This document shows, piece by piece, positions 1 through 10,535 of a stretch of 64,000 nt of DNA. The notes under the pieces are model-generated. The model ran no database searches. It saw nothing but the letters and a program-made list of their open reading frames with translations, and had not been told where the DNA came from. The first letter of the stretch is position 1. Each line of letters begins with the position of its first letter. The position numbers and the translations under genes are program-made. This DNA is from Nitrospirales bacterium (GTDB lineage: Bacteria; Nitrospirota; Nitrospiria; Nitrospirales; UBA8639): contig CBDBCZ010000019.1 of the NCBI GenBank assembly GCA_965203295.1, positions 1,856,001 to 1,920,000 on the forward strand, written 5' to 3'.

Positions 1-163
1 TTCCCTCTAAGCTCAAGCGAAAATATCGTCGGTTAGAGGCATCACCAGCTAGAGGGGACGCATCTATCAACCTGGCCGTAAATGGGAGTTTTTCCAGAAT
101 CGTGTCAGTAATGAGGGAAAGATCGAGCTTTCCATGTGGCGAGGGCGTGGACCGACTCGGCAT
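1..163 (-). CDS. AmgK-like aminoglycoside-phosphotransferase-family kinase, 5' part only (runs off the window)
   Basis: Not in the ORF track. Manual translation from ATG 163 gives MPSRSTPSPHGKLDLSLITDTILEKLPFTARLIDASPLAGDASNRRYFRLSLEG; LAGDASxRRYFR is the N-terminal motif of the AmgK/APH family. Confidence 0.8.
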   Translation of the reverse strand, partial: MPSRSTPSPHGKLDLSLITDTILEKLPFTARLIDASPLAGDASNRRYFRLSLEG

Positions 164-346
164 ATTAGGAAATTATACGAACACTCAAAGGTAATGTCAC
201 GGCATACACTTTGCCTATAACAAGCTTTGATATCCGCGCCATTCACAAAAGGCCGCATATCGTAATATGAGCTTTACCCCTTCATCTCTTTTGCGCTATT
301 TTTAAGCGAAAGCCGTTACTCACCTCGAACCTAGCTAGAAGTTTCT

Positions 347-1897
347 ATGTCTTCAACATTCACAAAGGATGTCTCACTCGCTATTGGTGAGATTTCCAAG
401 TCCACCACACCACAGCCTTGTACACTCGTGATCTTTGGGGGTTCTGGTGATTTAACCCGCAGAAAATTGGTGCCAGCAGTCTATAATCTGATGCTCGATG
501 GTCTCTTACCTGCCGGCTATGCCATTCTTGCTCTTGGAAGAAAGTCCTGGACTGACGTGGAATTTCGCGCGTTAGCCAAAGAAGGCATTGAAAAATTCTC
601 ACGCCAATCCCTTCAAGAAGACAAGTGGGACGATTTTGAAAATCGTCTCTTTTACGCATCTGGGGGCATCAATGATCCACAGACCTATCAAACGATCAAA
701 GCCCGCCTTGAGGAGATCGAATCTCTACACCAACTCCCTGGGCACTGTATCTATTATTTGGCCATCCCTCCAACTTCGTTCGCTTCAACCTGTGAAGGGT
801 TACATCAGGCTGGGCTTGTTTCTTCTCCAATAGGGTCTGACCGTTTTTCCCGTGTTATCGTTGAAAAACCCATCGGACATGACCTGAAGTCTGCCAAAAA
901 AATTAACGCCATCGTGGGAAATGTGTTCGATAAATCGCAAATTTTTCGGATTGATCACTATCTGGGGAAAGAAACTATTCAAAATATTATGGTGTTGCGC
1001 TTTGCTAACGGTATTTTCGAACCTATTTGGAACCATAAATACATTGACAACGTTCAAATCACGGTGAGTGAAGCTGAGGGAGTCGGCACACGGGCCACCT
1101 ATTATGAGGAAGCCGGAGCCCTCAGAGATATGGTCCAAAACCATATTCTTCAGTTGCTATGCCTTATTGCTATGGAACCTCCCTATTCACTCGATCCTGA
1201 CGTGGTTCGCAATGCCCGCATGGATGTTTTACGGTGCATTCGCCCGATTCGGGGAAAAGATGTTGAAAACATGACGGTCTGTGCTCAGTACTCTCATGGA
1301 ACCATCCAAGGGGAAGAGGTTCCTGGGTATCGTCGAGAAGAGGGAATTTCCCACAATTCGACGACGGAAACCTTCGTCGCACTCAAAATATTCGTAGAAA
1401 ACTGGCGTTGGTCAGGAGTTCCTTTTTATCTCCGAACTAGAAAGGCCATGCGAAAGCGGGCTTCAGAAATCACTGTTCAATTTCGGGATATTCCCAAAAT
1501 TCTTTTTAACGCAAACCCCGATGCCCCACAGACTCCCAATCTGTTAACCCTACGAATTCAACCCAAAGAAGGAATGTCCCTTCGAATTTCTTCAAAGATT
1601 CCGGGTACCCGAGCGGAAACCTATCCTGTCGAAATGACGTTTAATTATGGAGACGCCTTCTCGTCTCCCTCGCCCGAAGCCTATGAACGCCTGTTGTTGG
1701 ATGTCATGACAGGAGACGCTTCGCTTTTTATGCGGCGAGACGCAGTCGAAGCCTCATGGGCCTGGATCACTGACATCTTGGAAGGCTGGAAAACTTATGG
1801 AAGTAAATGGCTCCCTGAATATCCACCAGAAAGTTGGGGGCCAGTGGAATCGGATCGTCTTATTGAATCCGATGGCCGTCAATGGCGTGATGTGTAA
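347..1897 (+). CDS. zwf: Glucose-6-phosphate 1-dehydrogenase
   Basis: GGSGDL Rossmann motif, EKPIG, RIDHYLGKE, RDMVQNH, YERLLLD. Several conserved positions are substituted (see findings). Confidence 0.97.
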   Translation: MSSTFTKDVSLAIGEISKSTTPQPCTLVIFGGSGDLTRRKLVPAVYNLMLDGLLPAGYAILALGRKSWTDVEFRALAKEGIEKFSRQSLQEDKWDDFENRLFYASGGINDPQTYQTIKARLEEIESLHQLPGHCIYYLAIPPTSFASTCEGLHQAGLVSSPIGSDRFSRVIVEKPIGHDLKSAKKINAIVGNVFDKSQIFRIDHYLGKETIQNIMVLRFANGIFEPIWNHKYIDNVQITVSEAEGVGTRATYYEEAGALRDMVQNHILQLLCLIAMEPPYSLDPDVVRNARMDVLRCIRPIRGKDVENMTVCAQYSHGTIQGEEVPGYRREEGISHNSTTETFVALKIFVENWRWSGVPFYLRTRKAMRKRASEITVQFRDIPKILFNANPDAPQTPNLLTLRIQPKEGMSLRISSKIPGTRAETYPVEMTFNYGDAFSSPSPEAYERLLLDVMTGDASLFMRRDAVEASWAWITDILEGWKTYGSKWLPEYPPESWGPVESDRLIESDGRQWRDV

Positions 1898-2038
1898 AAG
1901 TGAAGAAAGTAAACTTGAGATAATTTTACTTCTTATTTGCTCTGACTCGACGTCTTACTGCCCTATCCTACTTCGACCACCCCACCCTCTTCTTTTATTT
2001 GCAAACAGAGCCAAACGAGCTTTATGATGAAGGCTTTC

Positions 2039-2233
2039 ATGAACATTCATTTGACGAATCCTCATAGGCATCTGGAGATCAAAGGACCAACCCGAATTCG
2101 ACAATTATTGGAACACCTTAATTTGATCCCCGAGGCCTATTTGGTCATCCGCGGGGATGAACTTGTCACGGAAGATGAGGTATTGGAGGACACAGATTCT
2201 GTTGAGATTCGGGCAGTGATATCAGGAGGCTAG
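2039..2233 (+). CDS. ThiS/MoaD-family sulfur carrier (TtuB-like)
   Basis: About 64 aa, ubiquitin-like, ending ISGG, directly upstream of a TtuA-like gene. Start placed at ATG 2039 after AAGG; the track gives 2024. Confidence 0.88.
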   Translation: MNIHLTNPHRHLEIKGPTRIRQLLEHLNLIPEAYLVIRGDELVTEDEVLEDTDSVEIRAVISGG

Positions 2234-2238
2234 CCATT

Positions 2239-3171
2239 ATGTTGTGTCTTAAGTGTCGCCACAAAGCTGTCATTAACCTCCCTCAGCACAACTTTGCCCT
2301 TTGCCCAACCTGTTTTACAGATTTTGTATACAGCCAAGTGACCCGCGCCATCAAAAAACAGCAAATGTTTGCTAAGACAGATCGGGTTTTAGTGGCCGTC
2401 TCAGGAGGAAAAGACAGCCTGGCGCTTTGGGATATTTTATTGAAATTGGGTTATCGTGCTGATGCCATCTACATAGGCCTCGGCATTGGCAGCTATTCAG
2501 AAAAATCTCAACAGAAAGTTCTCCATTACACTGAGCACGTGGCGGAATCCTTCGGAGCCAAACTTCATGTCCATACGGTAGAAGAGGAGGAGGGAGCCGG
2601 CATTCGAGAACTCTCCACCGTGATTCATCGGCCGACCTGTTCAACTTGTGGGATCATCAAACGATACCAGTTTAATCGGATCGCTATTGAAAAAGAATAT
2701 GATGTCATGGCAACGGGTCACAATTTGGATGATGAAGCAGCGCGACTCCTTGGAAACGTGCTTCATTGGCAAACGGAGTATCTAGACAAACAATCTCCAA
2801 CCTTACCAGCCTCCGTTGAAGGCTTTGCGAAGAAGGTCAAGCCCCTCTATCGATTAACGGAACGGGAGATAGCCGCCTATGCGGTGATCAACCGAATTGA
2901 CTATATCGTTGAGGAATGTCCTATGGCCAAGGGCTCGAAGATGATCATGTACAAGGAAGCCCTGAATCGTCTGGAAACTGAATCTCCAGGCACCAAACAA
3001 CGCTTTTATTTCGGATTTTTAGAAAAACAGGATGAGACTCAACCCGAGAAACTCACGATGGCCGATCGAGACCGCAACCACCTCCATCCCTGCACAACCT
3101 GCGGCCAACCCACCAGCGCTGAAATCTGTGTCTACTGTAAGATGATGACACGCGCCAAAACCCAAGTCTGA
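2239..3171 (+). CDS. TtuA/NcsA/Ctu1-family tRNA 2-thiolation protein
   Basis: N-terminal CLKC...CPTC, PP-loop SGGKDS, CSTC, TGHNLDD, EECP and C-terminal CTTC...CVYC zinc finger. Confidence 0.9.
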   Translation: MLCLKCRHKAVINLPQHNFALCPTCFTDFVYSQVTRAIKKQQMFAKTDRVLVAVSGGKDSLALWDILLKLGYRADAIYIGLGIGSYSEKSQQKVLHYTEHVAESFGAKLHVHTVEEEEGAGIRELSTVIHRPTCSTCGIIKRYQFNRIAIEKEYDVMATGHNLDDEAARLLGNVLHWQTEYLDKQSPTLPASVEGFAKKVKPLYRLTEREIAAYAVINRIDYIVEECPMAKGSKMIMYKEALNRLETESPGTKQRFYFGFLEKQDETQPEKLTMADRDRNHLHPCTTCGQPTSAEICVYCKMMTRAKTQV

Positions 3172-3365
3172 CTTCTTTTAGTTCCATACAGACGATCACC
3201 TCAACCTTTTTTAGAGGAAACATACTAACCGCTTACACACACTGGAGAAGCCCTTTTCCTTCCGACAGTCAACTTGAATACCCCATTTTATTGACCTCCT
3301 CCCCTTGGTTGTGCCACATTGCCCTGTCCTTTTGAAAAGGTATTTTTACGAAGGAGGATTACTAC

Positions 3366-5039
3366 ATGCCGTCAGATTTGAAGCACAAGAGTAGTGGGTT
3401 AACTGAGGGACCAGATCGGGCACCTGCTCGTGCGATGCTCAGGGCCGTCGGCTTAACCGATGAGGATTTGTCCCGTCCGTTGATTGGTGTCGCAAATACC
3501 TGGTCTGAAGTGACCCCATGTAATTTCCATCTTCGAGAACTAGGCGAAAAAGTGAAAGAGGGCATTCGTGCAGCCGGTGGGACACCCATTGAATACAACA
3601 CCATAGTGATCTCTGATGGCATCAGCATGGGAACTGAGGGCATGAAAACTTCTCTCATTAGCCGGGAGGTCGTAGCTGACTCAATCGAGCTCGTGGCGCG
3701 TGGGCACTTGTTTGATGCCGTTGTGGCCCTTTCAGGATGTGATAAAACCATACCCGGCACAGTCATGGCTCTGGCCCGTTTGAATCTCCCCTCGCTCATG
3801 CTCTATGGCGGCTCCATTATGCCTGGTCAATTCCAAGGGCATAATGTCACGATTCAGGATGTCTTTGAAGCTGTCGGCTCACATGCCAGGGGGAAAATGT
3901 CCACTGAAGAATTGCACGAACTTGAGAGCAAAGCCTGCCCTGGTGCTGGCGCCTGTGGCGGTCAGTTTACGGCCAATACCATGGCGATTGCTTTTGAGTT
4001 CCTGGGAATCTCCCCTTTGGGATTTAACGGCATTCCAGCCTTAGATCCACAAAAGGGGAAAGCAGCCGTTCAATGCGGCCAATTGGTGATGGATTTATTG
4101 AAAAAAGATATTCGCCCCAAACAGATTATCACTCGCCAGGCATTGGAGAACGCGATCGCGGCTGTCGCGACCACGGGGGGATCGACCAATGCTGTTTTAC
4201 ATTTGTTAGGTGTCGCTCATGAAATTGGCGTCCCCTTGAGCATTGATGATTTTGACACCATTAACCGCCATGTTCCTCTTCTCGCCGATTTGAAGCCAGG
4301 AGGGCACTTCGTGGCACCGGATCTTTTTACCGCAGGGGGCACCCAACTTGTCGCAAAGCGTCTCTTAGAGGCTGGACTTCTTGAAGGGATTTGTCTGACC
4401 GTTACCGGACGAACCCTTCAAGAGGAGGCGGCTGAAGCCAAAGAAACCCAAGGCCAAAAAATTCTCTACTCGGTGGAGAAGCCTATCAAAGCCTCAGGAG
4501 GGCTCGTGATTTTAAAAGGTAATCTTGCACCTGAGGGATGCGTCGTGAAAGTTGCTGGCCATGGCCGACTCACCCATCAAGGTCCAGCGAAAGTCTTTGA
4601 TTGTGAGGAAGACGCTTTTCGAGCAGTTCAAGAGGGAAAGATTGATCCAGGTGATGTGGTCGTCATTCGTTATGAGGGGCCCCAAGGAGGTCCGGGTATG
4701 CGAGAAATGCTCGGCGTCACCAGCGCGATAGTCGGGGCAGGGCTTGGTGAGTCTGTGGCTTTGCTCACCGATGGGCGTTTTTCTGGAGCCACGCACGGAA
4801 TGATGGCTGGACACGTGGCTCCTGAAGCTGCGAAAGGTGGACCTATTGCAGCAATCCGCAACGGAGATGTGATTCGTTTTGATGTGAGCCAACGCCGTTT
4901 GGACGTTGATTTACCGGCGGAGGAACTCGATGCCCGTTTACGACAGTGGAGCCCTCCCCCACCTCGGTATACCAGTGGCGTGATGGCCAAGTATGCAAAA
5001 TTGGTCTCTTCAGCTTCTTTAGGTGCCGTGACCTCTTAA
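3366..5039 (+). CDS. ilvD: Dihydroxy-acid dehydratase
   Basis: [57 protein letters not shown]. Confidence 0.98.
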   Translation: MPSDLKHKSSGLTEGPDRAPARAMLRAVGLTDEDLSRPLIGVANTWSEVTPCNFHLRELGEKVKEGIRAAGGTPIEYNTIVISDGISMGTEGMKTSLISREVVADSIELVARGHLFDAVVALSGCDKTIPGTVMALARLNLPSLMLYGGSIMPGQFQGHNVTIQDVFEAVGSHARGKMSTEELHELESKACPGAGACGGQFTANTMAIAFEFLGISPLGFNGIPALDPQKGKAAVQCGQLVMDLLKKDIRPKQIITRQALENAIAAVATTGGSTNAVLHLLGVAHEIGVPLSIDDFDTINRHVPLLADLKPGGHFVAPDLFTAGGTQLVAKRLLEAGLLEGICLTVTGRTLQEEAAEAKETQGQKILYSVEKPIKASGGLVILKGNLAPEGCVVKVAGHGRLTHQGPAKVFDCEEDAFRAVQEGKIDPGDVVVIRYEGPQGGPGMREMLGVTSAIVGAGLGESVALLTDGRFSGATHGMMAGHVAPEAAKGGPIAAIRNGDVIRFDVSQRRLDVDLPAEELDARLRQWSPPPPRYTSGVMAKYAKLVSSASLGAVTS

Positions 5040-5065
5040 TCGAGGTCACCGATTCCAGGCAGGAT

Positions 5066-6277
5066 TTACTTTTTCTTCAGAACAATATTGCTTTTGTGTT
5101 TGACGATTTCCACCGGACGGAACGCTCTATCTTTTTGGCCTAGAGTCGCCTCTTGCTCAACAGCCTTGATGAAATCTTGAGGCCCATGAATTTCCCCATA
5201 TGTGAGCGTAACAATCACATCCATCGATGGTGCATTTGTGGGGGTGGGAAAGGAGAACGTTTCTACTCGTTTTTCCTCCGGCTTGAGTAACGTATCCTTC
5301 GCGATCTTCACCGCCTCAAAGTCAAACACGGTCTCGTTTCCCTTCGCATCTGCAAACACTCGTTCGTAATGCCGCTGTTCCCCATACACTTTTCTCAAAT
5401 TTTTTCCAAGAATGGTCAGATCGACAATCACTCTTGACCAGCCTGGATGCGGCAAAGGCAAGTTATGTGGCACCAGGCTCTGTACCGTGACTGTGACTTC
5501 TGACGTCTTCCCTTTGACCTTGGTTTTCACATCCACTTCTGCAGCTTTGGCTCGAACTTTACCGAACCGACCAGGGAAACTGTGATTGGCCACTTTTCTA
5601 TTTCGCTCGCCATTGGCTGATTCACCAAACTCTTCTGGCATATGACAGGATTGGCAATTCTTTCCTTTTTTTTCCGCTTTGCTTTTTTCCCAATCTCCCA
5701 TGAGACCTGAGGCATGGGCTTTTTCACCTTGCCCTGGGATGGCATCATGACACGTTAAGCAATATTGAGAACTCCCGTAGAGCTCCAACGGTACCGATTT
5801 GTGCGCGAGATTCTCCGCGGCTTTCTTATAGGATCCAAAGACTGTTTTTTCAAAAACAAAGGTCGGAAAGGGGGGATGCGTTTTGGTGTCGATGTCTTTA
5901 ATGAGGTGACATTGTGAACAGCCTACACCATCGATTTTGGGATCTCTTGACTTGACTTCTTTAATAAACATTTCACTCTGCTCTGGATATTCCAGAATAT
6001 GCGGGGCATGGCAGCGGAAACACATATGTCGGTCTTCTGGCTTCGCGAACTCCAAGTACCGAGCTAAGCTCACGCGAAATGCCGCTGTTTCTATCGATCG
6101 GGATTGGGCAGAAGTCTCCCATTCCTCAAAAACACGGATATGACACCGCTTACATTTCTGGGAATGTGGAAAGGCCTTATTTAATGGTTTAGCCCCTTCT
6201 TTTGCTCCAAGAGCGGTTTGGAAGGAAGCACCTATCAGGAGAATCAAAACACCTAATAAAAGACCTGCGCTCTTCAC
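5066..6277 (-). CDS. Exported pentaheme c-type cytochrome (c554-like domain)
   Basis: Five CxxCH motifs (CKRCH, CFRCH, CSQCH, CLTCH, CQSCH). A signal-like segment follows GTG 6277; the track start (6541) overlaps the upstream gene, so the start is uncertain. Confidence 0.85.
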   Translation of the reverse strand: MKSAGLLLGVLILLIGASFQTALGAKEGAKPLNKAFPHSQKCKRCHIRVFEEWETSAQSRSIETAAFRVSLARYLEFAKPEDRHMCFRCHAPHILEYPEQSEMFIKEVKSRDPKIDGVGCSQCHLIKDIDTKTHPPFPTFVFEKTVFGSYKKAAENLAHKSVPLELYGSSQYCLTCHDAIPGQGEKAHASGLMGDWEKSKAEKKGKNCQSCHMPEEFGESANGERNRKVANHSFPGRFGKVRAKAAEVDVKTKVKGKTSEVTVTVQSLVPHNLPLPHPGWSRVIVDLTILGKNLRKVYGEQRHYERVFADAKGNETVFDFEAVKIAKDTLLKPEEKRVETFSFPTPTNAPSMDVIVTLTYGEIHGPQDFIKAVEQEATLGQKDRAFRPVEIVKHKSNIVLKKK

Positions 6278-6353
6278 GGCTATCTGCCTGCAGATGGCAT
6301 TTTCATGATCACCTCTACTCGTGTCGATCGATCTTGAGGAAAGTATGAAGGAA

Positions 6354-7670
6354 TTATAAAGTCTTTGTTCGATATGTGAGAAGTCGAGGAGCAGAATACT
6401 CCTCGATAATTTTTTCTGCCGTCTTTCGTGATCGTTTATTTGTGATGGAAGATAAATACTTTTCTTGTAAGTCTTTACCTGGATCAGGGATAAGCCCATA
6501 ACTAAGCACGGCTTCGATGAAGCCTCCCTTGGCTTCGTCACCCACCTCGAATGAAAAGGGAATTCTTCGTGTAACGCCTCCGTTCACCAGCGGACGGGGA
6601 ATAGGACCTCTCAGAATTTGATCAAAATCAAGCCCAAAACGTTTACGTTCGGTTTTTAAAATATTCCCTTTGACATCCTTGAGGGTGACCATTACGTAAA
6701 ACTGCTTCAGCACGGGATCTCCACCTGGAAACATATGTGGAAGACTGCCGTTTCTTACAAGAACTTTTCCTTTCACTGACCCTGATTGATGCTCCACTTC
6801 AAGATCAACCCGAGGAAACCATTCTGCTTGCAAATTCCGATTACTCAGCATGATTCCAGGAATGACAATTCCTTGAAACCAATGACGGCCAATAGGACGA
6901 GTGAGGGAACCCTTTTGTAACGTAGAGCTCCCCGTCGACTGTTCCATATGACAATCCTGACAAATCGTGCCCTTTAGGATCTCTCCAACCAAATCTTTTC
7001 GCGTGACATCTTTCACCTTACTAAAGTGACAAGATGCGCAGTAATTGGCTCCGTGGTACACATCATTTTGTTCAGAAGGATGGACTAAATTCTCATCAGG
7101 GTTAGAATAAGGTCCAAAGAGCGTTGGGCCTGGCTGGATGGTAAATGAAGGATGATCATTTCCATCCTTCACCCCATTAATCAGATGACAGGCCGAACAT
7201 CCGATGCCTTCAACTTTGACACTTTTCCGGCCGCCCATCACTTGATTGATGATCTTTTCTGTGTGCTGAGGGAATACGGTCACTGCTGGAGCATGGCAGG
7301 CAAGACAACGTGTCTTTTCTTCAGGAGTAGGATTGGTTTGTAGCCAGAGTCCCAGGACCGTTCGAAACACTTTTGATTTTAATGCCGTTCCATGGAGTAA
7401 CGCTCCGTCCACTCGGCCAAACGTTTTTAAATCTGGTGTCTGTTCTCGCATGCCTTTCCATTCTTCATAATGGCGGTCATGGCATTGCTTGCACTGTTCA
7501 GAAGGGACAAAAATTTTTTCGATTTCATCAATCCAAACTTCATCAGTTCCGGAAGTTTTTGACGGTTGAGCGAATCCTTTGTCCAAGGACGTCATACCGA
7601 ACCCTGCCAATAATAGCCCCAACAGATAGAATCCCACCCTCCAATAATTTTTCGACGGATCTGATTTCAC
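6354..7670 (-). CDS. Exported pentaheme c-type cytochrome, paralogue of the neighbouring gene
   Basis: Five CxxCH motifs (CKQCH, CLACH, CSACH, CASCH, CQDCH) with similar spacing; hydrophobic N-terminus; start uncertain (GTG 7670). Confidence 0.85.
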   Translation of the reverse strand: MKSDPSKNYWRVGFYLLGLLLAGFGMTSLDKGFAQPSKTSGTDEVWIDEIEKIFVPSEQCKQCHDRHYEEWKGMREQTPDLKTFGRVDGALLHGTALKSKVFRTVLGLWLQTNPTPEEKTRCLACHAPAVTVFPQHTEKIINQVMGGRKSVKVEGIGCSACHLINGVKDGNDHPSFTIQPGPTLFGPYSNPDENLVHPSEQNDVYHGANYCASCHFSKVKDVTRKDLVGEILKGTICQDCHMEQSTGSSTLQKGSLTRPIGRHWFQGIVIPGIMLSNRNLQAEWFPRVDLEVEHQSGSVKGKVLVRNGSLPHMFPGGDPVLKQFYVMVTLKDVKGNILKTERKRFGLDFDQILRGPIPRPLVNGGVTRRIPFSFEVGDEAKGGFIEAVLSYGLIPDPGKDLQEKYLSSITNKRSRKTAEKIIEEYSAPRLLTYRTKTL

Positions 7671-7689
7671 AGTCAATTCAGCTTTCTTA

Positions 7690-8157
7690 TCAATCCTTAA
7701 GAACCCGGACAAAATGAAAGTTTAATCCTCCTCCAATTCCCTGATCATCGACACCAGAAGGCTCATAGGTGGCGACCGAAAAATTTTGTCGAGGCATGGT
7801 CATCTCTAGAGCTCGACCAAGATCCAGGAGGGTAGTAATTTCATTTCCATCGACTTCTTTGATGATGGCTCTGGGCTTCACACCAGCTAAATCGGCTGGG
7901 GTTCCTCCGATGACCTCAAATACAACCACACCTTCAGCACGGGTTAAACCTAAAAACTTCTGAATCTCCTCATCTACCTCCCCTACATCCACACCAAACT
8001 CTTCTCCAAGAGCCAGGGCCCGTTCCTCCGTCATCTCCGCTTGTAAGGAAGGGGCTGCCCACCACAGGATTATTCCGACTCCTAGTAGGATGAGCAAGAC
8101 GACTCTTTGCAAAACCTGACATGTGTGGGGTTGACGATATGTACTGACAAACATCAT
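7690..8157 (-). CDS. Exported stand-alone PDZ-domain protein
   Basis: Signal/TM segment, then GVVVFEVIGGTPADLAGVKPRAIIKEVDG (DegP-type PDZ); no protease domain. Confidence 0.8.
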   Translation of the reverse strand: MMFVSTYRQPHTCQVLQRVVLLILLGVGIILWWAAPSLQAEMTEERALALGEEFGVDVGEVDEEIQKFLGLTRAEGVVVFEVIGGTPADLAGVKPRAIIKEVDGNEITTLLDLGRALEMTMPRQNFSVATYEPSGVDDQGIGGGLNFHFVRVLKD

Positions 8158-8235
8158 GATTTCTGCATCTCTTCGTAAGAAATATCTTGAACCTTCATTG
8201 GGGTTGGCACATCCCGCATTTCACCAAACAGGCAT

Positions 8236-9084
8236 CTAATTTTTACCGGGCGAACCTCCCGCCGGATCGATCACCAACTGCAACCACGAGGCCACAGCTT
8301 TTTGCCCATTTCGTTCTTGATTTTCCCCATTCCAGACAGCAAATGCCACGGCTTGCACATGGCCAGGCCATAACATCGCTTCATTCTCAGGAATGGTTCC
8401 AGGTTCACTCAGGGGCCTCTTCATGACCACCCGCCAAAATCCACGTTTCCATTCCGCCTGGCCCTTTATGCGACCTTGCTTCCGTTTACTGGTCAGCGTA
8501 CTAAAACCGCCTCCGACTAAATCTTCTACTGAAGAAGGCCTCCATGGGATAACCTCAAATCTTCTAATGCCTCTTCTTTTCCGTTTCTTCTCCTTTGCAC
8601 GAGCAGCCCGGCGATCAACGTCACTCTGCCAGTCAGCCTTCCAATGCCAAATATTGACGTAATGATCCAATTGACCCATGCAAAAGAAAGCCGGAGCCGT
8701 TCCCAAGGGAAGCGCAACAGCCACCCCATCCCGAAACACACCAGGCGTTAACTGCTCATTCTTGGTTGCATCTTGCCATTCAATGAGAAACGCAATCTCA
8801 GAGCCATTGTGCATGGACCTGACAGAGACAGCTTTCGCGCTGGGTTCAGGCCAAACAGGACGAGTAATAATCTGGCCACTCAAGGGAATGGGAATGGGCG
8901 GAAGAGATTCCCAGGCGGGATCACTTGGAAAGGATGGCACAGCCCCATCAACAAAATGGGAACGAATCATGATGCCCTGTGAACTGACCACAGGAATCCC
9001 GACCCACACGAAAAACAAGGCTGTGCTGACAACACTCAGCCCAAGCAGGATCAGGGTACGACCTGGACGTCCCCATCTACGCAT
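8236..9084 (-). CDS. Ethylbenzene-dehydrogenase gamma-like (EB_dh) heme-b protein, candidate NXR gamma subunit
   Basis: FRDGVAV, FCMGQ, VNIWHWKADWQ, WRVVMKR, AFAVWNG...RNGQK (Met/Lys heme-b ligand pattern); clear paralogue of 15062-16015. Confidence 0.8.
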   Translation of the reverse strand: MRRWGRPGRTLILLGLSVVSTALFFVWVGIPVVSSQGIMIRSHFVDGAVPSFPSDPAWESLPPIPIPLSGQIITRPVWPEPSAKAVSVRSMHNGSEIAFLIEWQDATKNEQLTPGVFRDGVAVALPLGTAPAFFCMGQLDHYVNIWHWKADWQSDVDRRAARAKEKKRKRRGIRRFEVIPWRPSSVEDLVGGGFSTLTSKRKQGRIKGQAEWKRGFWRVVMKRPLSEPGTIPENEAMLWPGHVQAVAFAVWNGENQERNGQKAVASWLQLVIDPAGGSPGKN

Positions 9085-9189
9085 CAACGTTTTGCCCTTA
9101 GGTACTCAAGAAAGATTAAGAAACTAACGTATACTGTTGTCTAAAAGGAAAGATGGCAATACATGAACCAGATACCTGTCTTCATGGCA

Positions 9190-10443
9190 CTAATAAAGTT
9201 TTATTCTTCGAATTTTATTCTCGTTTCGTTCACAGACATATAAATGCCCTTGCGAATCTATGGCGAGACCAGAAGGAGCATTCACCACTGCATTGATCGC
9301 AAGATTTCCATCTCCATGTTTCAACATTCCCGCATCTTCTTTCGCAACAAACCTTGCGGCCCCGCATCCACCCATATTTTTGTCGTCGTACCCGCTATCC
9401 CCATTCCCTGCGATCGTCGAAATCATTCCGGTCTTGGCATCAACCTTTCGCACACGATGGTTCATCGAATCCGCAATAAAGATATTTCCTTCCTGATCAA
9501 CGATGGCGGCTTCGGGTACGTTTAACATGGCCTTCACAGCTTCTTTATCGTCCCCATCATATCCATACCGGCACGCACCAGCTACTGTAGATATGATACC
9601 GGTTTCCATGTCAATTTTTCGAATTCGATTGCTTCCCTTATCCGTTAAGTACAAATCACCATGACGATCCACCGCAATTCCCACAACATCCCACAGTTTC
9701 GCTTCAAGAGCGGAACGCCCATCGTCTAAATAAGGGGCGAGATCCAGCCCATCGGAACACTGAGGCCTGAGCCAACCTTGATCATCACTAAAGTCTATTC
9801 CAATAGCATCCCCAGAGAGGACAATCAGATTTTGGGCCGTCAACGGACTGACCGAGTCCTCATCTTCCTCAGACCACGTCCCTGCGATCGTCGTGACCAT
9901 TCCTGTCTGAGGGTCGTACTTTCGAATGCGATGTGCTTGAGTATCGGCAATATACATGACACCATGATGGTCAAACACAATGGCGCTCGGGTACGTCAAG
10001 TTGACCTCTAAAGCCGGTCCATCTCCATTGAACCCAGACTGTCCCGATCCCACCACGGTCGAAATGATCCCAGTTTGGTGATCAACTTTTCGTACGCGAT
10101 TACTTCCTGAGTCACAGATGTACAGATCGCTTTGCGAATTGCAAGCTACACCGAGGGGAAGATACAAACCTGCCTGATCACACGGGCCTTCATCACCGCT
10201 ATAACAGGTTTCACCGATTCCTGCATAGTTATGAAGGGTTCCCGTCTCCAGATCTACTCGACGGACACGATCCGATCCATTCTCGGCAATGTACAGGTAT
10301 CGTTCCTCCCGATCGAAACAAATCGTATTTGGCAGGGGGATTCCAGCTTTAACCGCCCGCTTCCCATCGCCCGTACTTCTGGATTTCCCATTTCCAGCAA
10401 ATGTTTCGATTCGACCAGCAGATGATTCAACACTTGTTTCCAT
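9190..10443 (-). CDS. NHL-repeat beta-propeller protein
   Basis: Repeated units LYIADxxxxRIRKVDxxTGxISTVAGxG. Confidence 0.88.
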   Translation of the reverse strand: METSVESSAGRIETFAGNGKSRSTGDGKRAVKAGIPLPNTICFDREERYLYIAENGSDRVRRVDLETGTLHNYAGIGETCYSGDEGPCDQAGLYLPLGVACNSQSDLYICDSGSNRVRKVDHQTGIISTVVGSGQSGFNGDGPALEVNLTYPSAIVFDHHGVMYIADTQAHRIRKYDPQTGMVTTIAGTWSEEDEDSVSPLTAQNLIVLSGDAIGIDFSDDQGWLRPQCSDGLDLAPYLDDGRSALEAKLWDVVGIAVDRHGDLYLTDKGSNRIRKIDMETGIISTVAGACRYGYDGDDKEAVKAMLNVPEAAIVDQEGNIFIADSMNHRVRKVDAKTGMISTIAGNGDSGYDDKNMGGCGAARFVAKEDAGMLKHGDGNLAINAVVNAPSGLAIDSQGHLYVCERNENKIRRIKLY

Positions 10444-10535
10444 ACCACACCTTTTTTGAGTTCCCGTATTGTCTATCTCATTTTTTCTCTAAGACCACAG
10501 TCTGACACATATTCATCCGCCACTCCACAGAATAT

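Noticed and set aside
67..258. 63-aa ORF from the track
   Set aside because: The real coding frame here is the AmgK-like kinase starting at 163.
9190..10443. Repetitive sequence in the NHL gene (also the WD40, TPR and HEAT genes) as DNA repeats or CRISPR
   Set aside because: The repeats are degenerate and at protein level; there are no identical spaced DNA repeats and no cas genes.
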